In this document: piece after piece, positions 52,936 to 55,695 of the stretch
Position numbering within the stretch: the stretch's first letter is position 1
Layout: the number at the start of each line of letters is the position of its first letter
Source: Candidatus Woesearchaeota archaeon
Lineage (GTDB): Archaea; Nanobdellota; Nanobdellia; Woesearchaeales; ARS49
NCBI GenBank assembly: GCA_038884975.1
Contig: JAWAAW010000004.1
Location: 1-55,695 of the forward strand
Reading direction: 5' to 3'
Length of the DNA: 55,695 bases
Translations under genes and position numbers: made by a program
Notes under the pieces: generated by a model
Database searches by the model: none
What the model was told of the DNA's origin: nothing
What the model saw: only the letters and a program-made list of their open reading frames with translations

Positions 52936-53345
52936 AACTTCCTCCAAAGAGGTTGTTGTTTATAATTCTTGCGCACTTTAAGCTTTGCAATAATCCAATT
53001 GCGTTCGTCCTTATTGATTGCCCGGTAGCCCAATCTGGACAGCACGCGTATTCCGCTGCATTCTGGCTCAGTGGTTCTCAGTACGTAATCCTTGTTTGGT
53101 CGCCAATGCATAAACCATTTGTGCACAGATTCCTCAAGTGCGTCCTTGCGCGACATTTGCGTGTCACTTTGCACTGCATCAATGAGGATTCTTTGGTTGC
53201 CAATTCGTTTATAACACCTCATTACGCAGTCATACTCTGCACGCGTAAACATTGGTGTTTCAAACTTTTGCTCTTTTACTGCAACGTAAAGCTCCAAAAC
53301 CATACGTTTCTTGATTAGGCCCTTATTTTTATAGTTTGTTATCAC
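52932..53345 (-). CDS. hypothetical protein (137 aa)
   Basis: GTG 53345 lies 25 nt downstream of gtgtataaaag (minus strand). An alternative ATG is at 53303. No family recognised. Confidence 0.5.
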   Translation of the reverse strand: MITNYKNKGLIKKRMVLELYVAVKEQKFETPMFTRAEYDCVMRCYKRIGNQRILIDAVQSDTQMSRKDALEESVHKWFMHWRPNKDYVLRTTEPECSGIRVLSRLGYRAINKDERNWIIAKLKVRKNYKQQPLWRKL

Positions 53346-53601
53346 CGCCTTTTAACGAACAAATCTTTTATACACCTGCAATTCTTTGTCGTCTAAAAAA
53401 GAGGGAGATCGTGGCGAGGGGCGAGGACTACAGCAATGACATTTCTGATTTTGTAAGGGAGAATCCTTCTTCCCAAACTCCATTTTCCAACTCGATTAGG
53501 CAGGGGGATTATTCACGGCAAAAACAACCAATTATTTATTTAACTCCAAGAAGGAACAGGGATTACAGGTCAAGGCATTGCGATTATGACAAGGGAATGC
53601 G

Positions 53602-54132
53602 TTAGAGTTTTGTTCTCTTTGCCTTTTCAGAAATGATTGCCGAGTTTCCGGACGGGTCCTCGATTGTTATCTTTAATTTTTCCTCGCCCCAGAGGACCTT
53701 CATCAATTTCTTGAGCAGGTTTTTGGCTTTTTGTTTTGCCTCGTCGTCCTCCTCAAGGTCGCGGACTTTTTCTATTTGTTCTTTTATCTTTCCAATCAGG
53801 CCCTCAATGTTCGTGATGAAGCCTTCTGCAGCAGGTCCTGGCTCTATTGTGCCGACGCGTTCAAACTTCACAGTCGCCTCCGAGCTCCTGACGACGCGCA
53901 CTTTCAGGTCGTCTTTTCCAGAAACCTCAAACACATACCTGCACGGCTCTTTTTTCTCTGCTGCCTCAACATCTGACTTGTGATACTTGCAGTTCTCGCA
54001 ATGCATTGAGAAAATGTAAAGCTTGCCGAAGAAAGGGACCTCTGTTTCTGCCTCTGTGAGCGTGAGCTTTTTCTGGTTGCAGACAGGGCACGGCTGGTCC
54101 TTCAGGGTTGCTGTTATTTTTTCTGCAGTCAT
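53602..54132 (-). CDS. ZPR1-type zinc-finger protein
   Basis: CPVCNQKKLTL..EVPFFGKLYIFSMHCENCKYH, followed by the ZPR1 beta-domain. Confidence 0.85.
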   Translation of the reverse strand: MTAEKITATLKDQPCPVCNQKKLTLTEAETEVPFFGKLYIFSMHCENCKYHKSDVEAAEKKEPCRYVFEVSGKDDLKVRVVRSSEATVKFERVGTIEPGPAAEGFITNIEGLIGKIKEQIEKVRDLEEDDEAKQKAKNLLKKLMKVLWGEEKLKITIEDPSGNSAIISEKAKRTKL

Positions 54133-54214
54133 AAAAAGAAAGGTCAGTTTGTGGATTTAAAAAATCTGCGGTTTTGCAGGGCCGGCTTTCATTGGAAGGA
54201 TTTGCATGCCTGAC

Positions 54215-54415
54215 TTACAAGTCTTTTATAAGATACCAGGGCAACATTTCTCTTTGCAGGTGTTCTATCTGCGCGTCTATAAACTGGTATTGCTTATCAA
54301 ATTTGTCACGAGGACTCGTATATATTCCCGGTCCTCTTTTGTAAGGCGAGTACGGTGTTCTCCAGTTAAAATAGTTTGGTACTCGTTTTATTTCATGCTT
54401 TATTTCATCTTTCAT
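54215..54415 (-). CDS. hypothetical small protein (66 aa)
   Basis: ORF with ggtttaaatactc TATA about 25 nt upstream on the minus strand. Confidence 0.45.
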   Translation of the reverse strand: MKDEIKHEIKRVPNYFNWRTPYSPYKRGPGIYTSPRDKFDKQYQFIDAQIEHLQREMLPWYLIKDL

Positions 54416-54500
54416 AAAGTCAGTTATGATGTTCGAGTATTTAAACCTTTCGTTTTGTTATTATTGTTTAGTGGTGAATTAAATGGGTATTGGGTTATGG

Positions 54501-55043
54501 TTAGTCAAGCTTGAATTTTGCAAAAATCTCTGCGTTTGTCCTGAGGTTTGGGTTTTCCTCCGGCGGAAGAAGGGTGCGAGAGCAATAGCCCTCAATAAGC
54601 TCCAACGCGCCAGGAGCATTAAGCGCGATTTTCCTTTTTGCAGCCTCAAGCGCCTTTCTGCCGAATTCAAACGCGTCTTCCTTTTCCAGATCATTCTCAG
54701 AATATGCAGGAACGCATTGGAATGTGTCTTCAACCTCAAAGAAGCAGTATTTGCCAGAATCATACCTCCTGTCATTGACCATGACTGAATTTATTCCTTC
54801 AGCATCAGCATTTATTATGATCGAGTCGCCATCTTTCATAAGATGAAGTGAAACGGGGCCTGAAAGGCTGTGATATTGATGGCGATACCTGATGTCAGCA
54901 CCATTGAGTTTTCCTGTAATCTCAAAAGAACCCTGCCCTGGATACGTTGGCATGTCCGAGAACGAGATTGTAAAACCATTGCGAAGCCTGATTTTCTTGA
55001 TTTCCTTCTTCACCAGTTCATCAAGCACCTTAAGGGAAGCCAT
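54501..55043 (-). CDS. hypothetical protein (180 aa)
   Basis: Clean ORF immediately downstream of sepF. No family recognised. Confidence 0.55.
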   Translation of the reverse strand: MASLKVLDELVKKEIKKIRLRNGFTISFSDMPTYPGQGSFEITGKLNGADIRYRHQYHSLSGPVSLHLMKDGDSIIINADAEGINSVMVNDRRYDSGKYCFFEVEDTFQCVPAYSENDLEKEDAFEFGRKALEAAKRKIALNAPGALELIEGYCSRTLLPPEENPNLRTNAEIFAKFKLD

Positions 55044-55093
55044 AATAAAGAAATAATTCCGGGATTTTTAAAGATTGACAAAAAAGAATTTAT

Positions 55094-55495
55094 TTATTCC
55101 TGCGGCGATTCCTCAGTCGCCTTGACTTCCTTTGTCTGCTTTGAGCGGTAAATACTTGCAAAACTCGGAGTCACAACAATGTAGTCATCGCCAAAGCCTG
55201 CAATCTCGCCCTCAATGGCATCGGTTGTCTTCTTCAGCTTGTTTATTGCCCTTTTGAGCTCAACAAGGTCCCGCTCCTTCAATGGCTTGATGTTCACAAG
55301 CGCAATCGTGTACCCTTCGCGCAAAGAGTCAAGTATTGGCTTTACGTCCTCAAAGTCATCGAGCTGGAACGGCCTAACAAGAATCCTTGAATGCCCTTCG
55401 CCGCCTTCTGTGTCAAGCTCAACATAACCTTCCTCTGCAGCAAGATCATCATACTGCTTGTCTGAACCGAACAGTTTTTCAAAGAACTTCTTCAT
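55094..55495 (-). CDS. sepF: cell division protein SepF
   Basis: N-terminal amphipathic MKKFFEKLFG. The DUF552 core ILVRPFQLDDFEDVKPILDSLREGYTIALVNIKPL...AINKLKKTTDAIEGEIAGFGDDYIVVTP is present. Start trimmed to ATG 55495. Confidence 0.85.
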   Translation of the reverse strand: MKKFFEKLFGSDKQYDDLAAEEGYVELDTEGGEGHSRILVRPFQLDDFEDVKPILDSLREGYTIALVNIKPLKERDLVELKRAINKLKKTTDAIEGEIAGFGDDYIVVTPSFASIYRSKQTKEVKATEESPQE

Positions 55496-55651
55496 TGTGA
55501 ATCCTCCTCTCACCGCATCACTTTTTTTTATTGTTTTTCTTAACTCCTGAATAGTGTTATGATAACACCAACTCATATATAAAATCTTCGCTTCTGCAGC
55601 CCCGACGGAATGACCGCAACCTTTTTAAACAAGCCATAAACACTCAACACT

Positions 55652-55695
55652 ATGGGAAAAAGAAAGGGTGGCTATCGCCGCAAGACAAGAATATT
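55652..55695 (+). CDS. rpl21e: ribosomal protein eL21, 5' fragment (runs off the window)
   Basis: MGKRKGGYRRKTRI matches the GYR.KTR start of eL21. Only 14 codons are visible. Confidence 0.45.
   Translation, partial: MGKRKGGYRRKTRI

Noticed and set aside
53336-53605. The 89-aa plus-strand ORF in the spacer upstream of the 137-aa gene.
   Set aside because: It starts upstream of the only TATA box, has an Arg/Ser/Asp-rich biased composition, and overlaps the minus-strand promoter and the ZPR1 stop. The region is reported only as unexplained non-coding sequence.

Overview
This is a gene-dense archaeal chromosomal segment with about 70 protein genes and 3 tRNA genes. I saw no rRNA, CRISPR array, transposase or integrase. 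Archaeal identity rests on TFB, family-B DNA polymerase, Cbf5, the exosome/proteasome superoperon (Pop5-PsmA-SBDS-Rrp4-Rrp41-Rrp42-RpoK), ribosomal proteins eL31/eL39/eS19/eS6 (plus a partial eL21), Pth2, Sec11-type signal peptidase, SepF, AMP phosphorylase, Trm112 and an intron-containing tRNA-Lys. Spacers are very short. A cTTTAtAAA-type TATA box sits 20-30 nt before most first-gene start codons, which implies mostly leaderless mRNAs, while internal operon genes use GGAGG or ATGA coupling. Several housekeeping proteins carry K/E/P/A-rich tails. Together this suggests a small-genome uncultivated archaeon, possibly DPANN-like, but that is inference only. The parts worth a second look are listed here. 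(1) A six-gene minus-strand cluster (13029-17898) joins two Cys-rich secreted proteins that share a C-terminal FFRxI..W.F tail, a YD-repeat lipoprotein, an Mtq2-methyltransferase/kinase-like fusion, a PAS/STAS-like protein and a minimal MGMT. (2) Two tRNA genes (Val, Ser) are each flanked by a partial copy of themselves. (3) A voltage-sensor-like membrane protein has no pore domain. (4) There is an enlarged UPF0175-like/PIN-like gene pair. (5) A VWA/MoxR/DUF58 (Bat-like) operon has extra genes. (6) Perfect palindromes lie upstream of a DEAD-box helicase, and the eS19 operon has a structured leader. (7) A DUF378 gene has its ATG out of frame at an A6 run. Four real-looking genes shorter than 60 aa (Trm112, eL39, a Zn-ribbon protein, a small TM protein) are missing from the supplied ORF track and were translated by hand. 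All functional calls come from motif recognition by eye; no database search was run.
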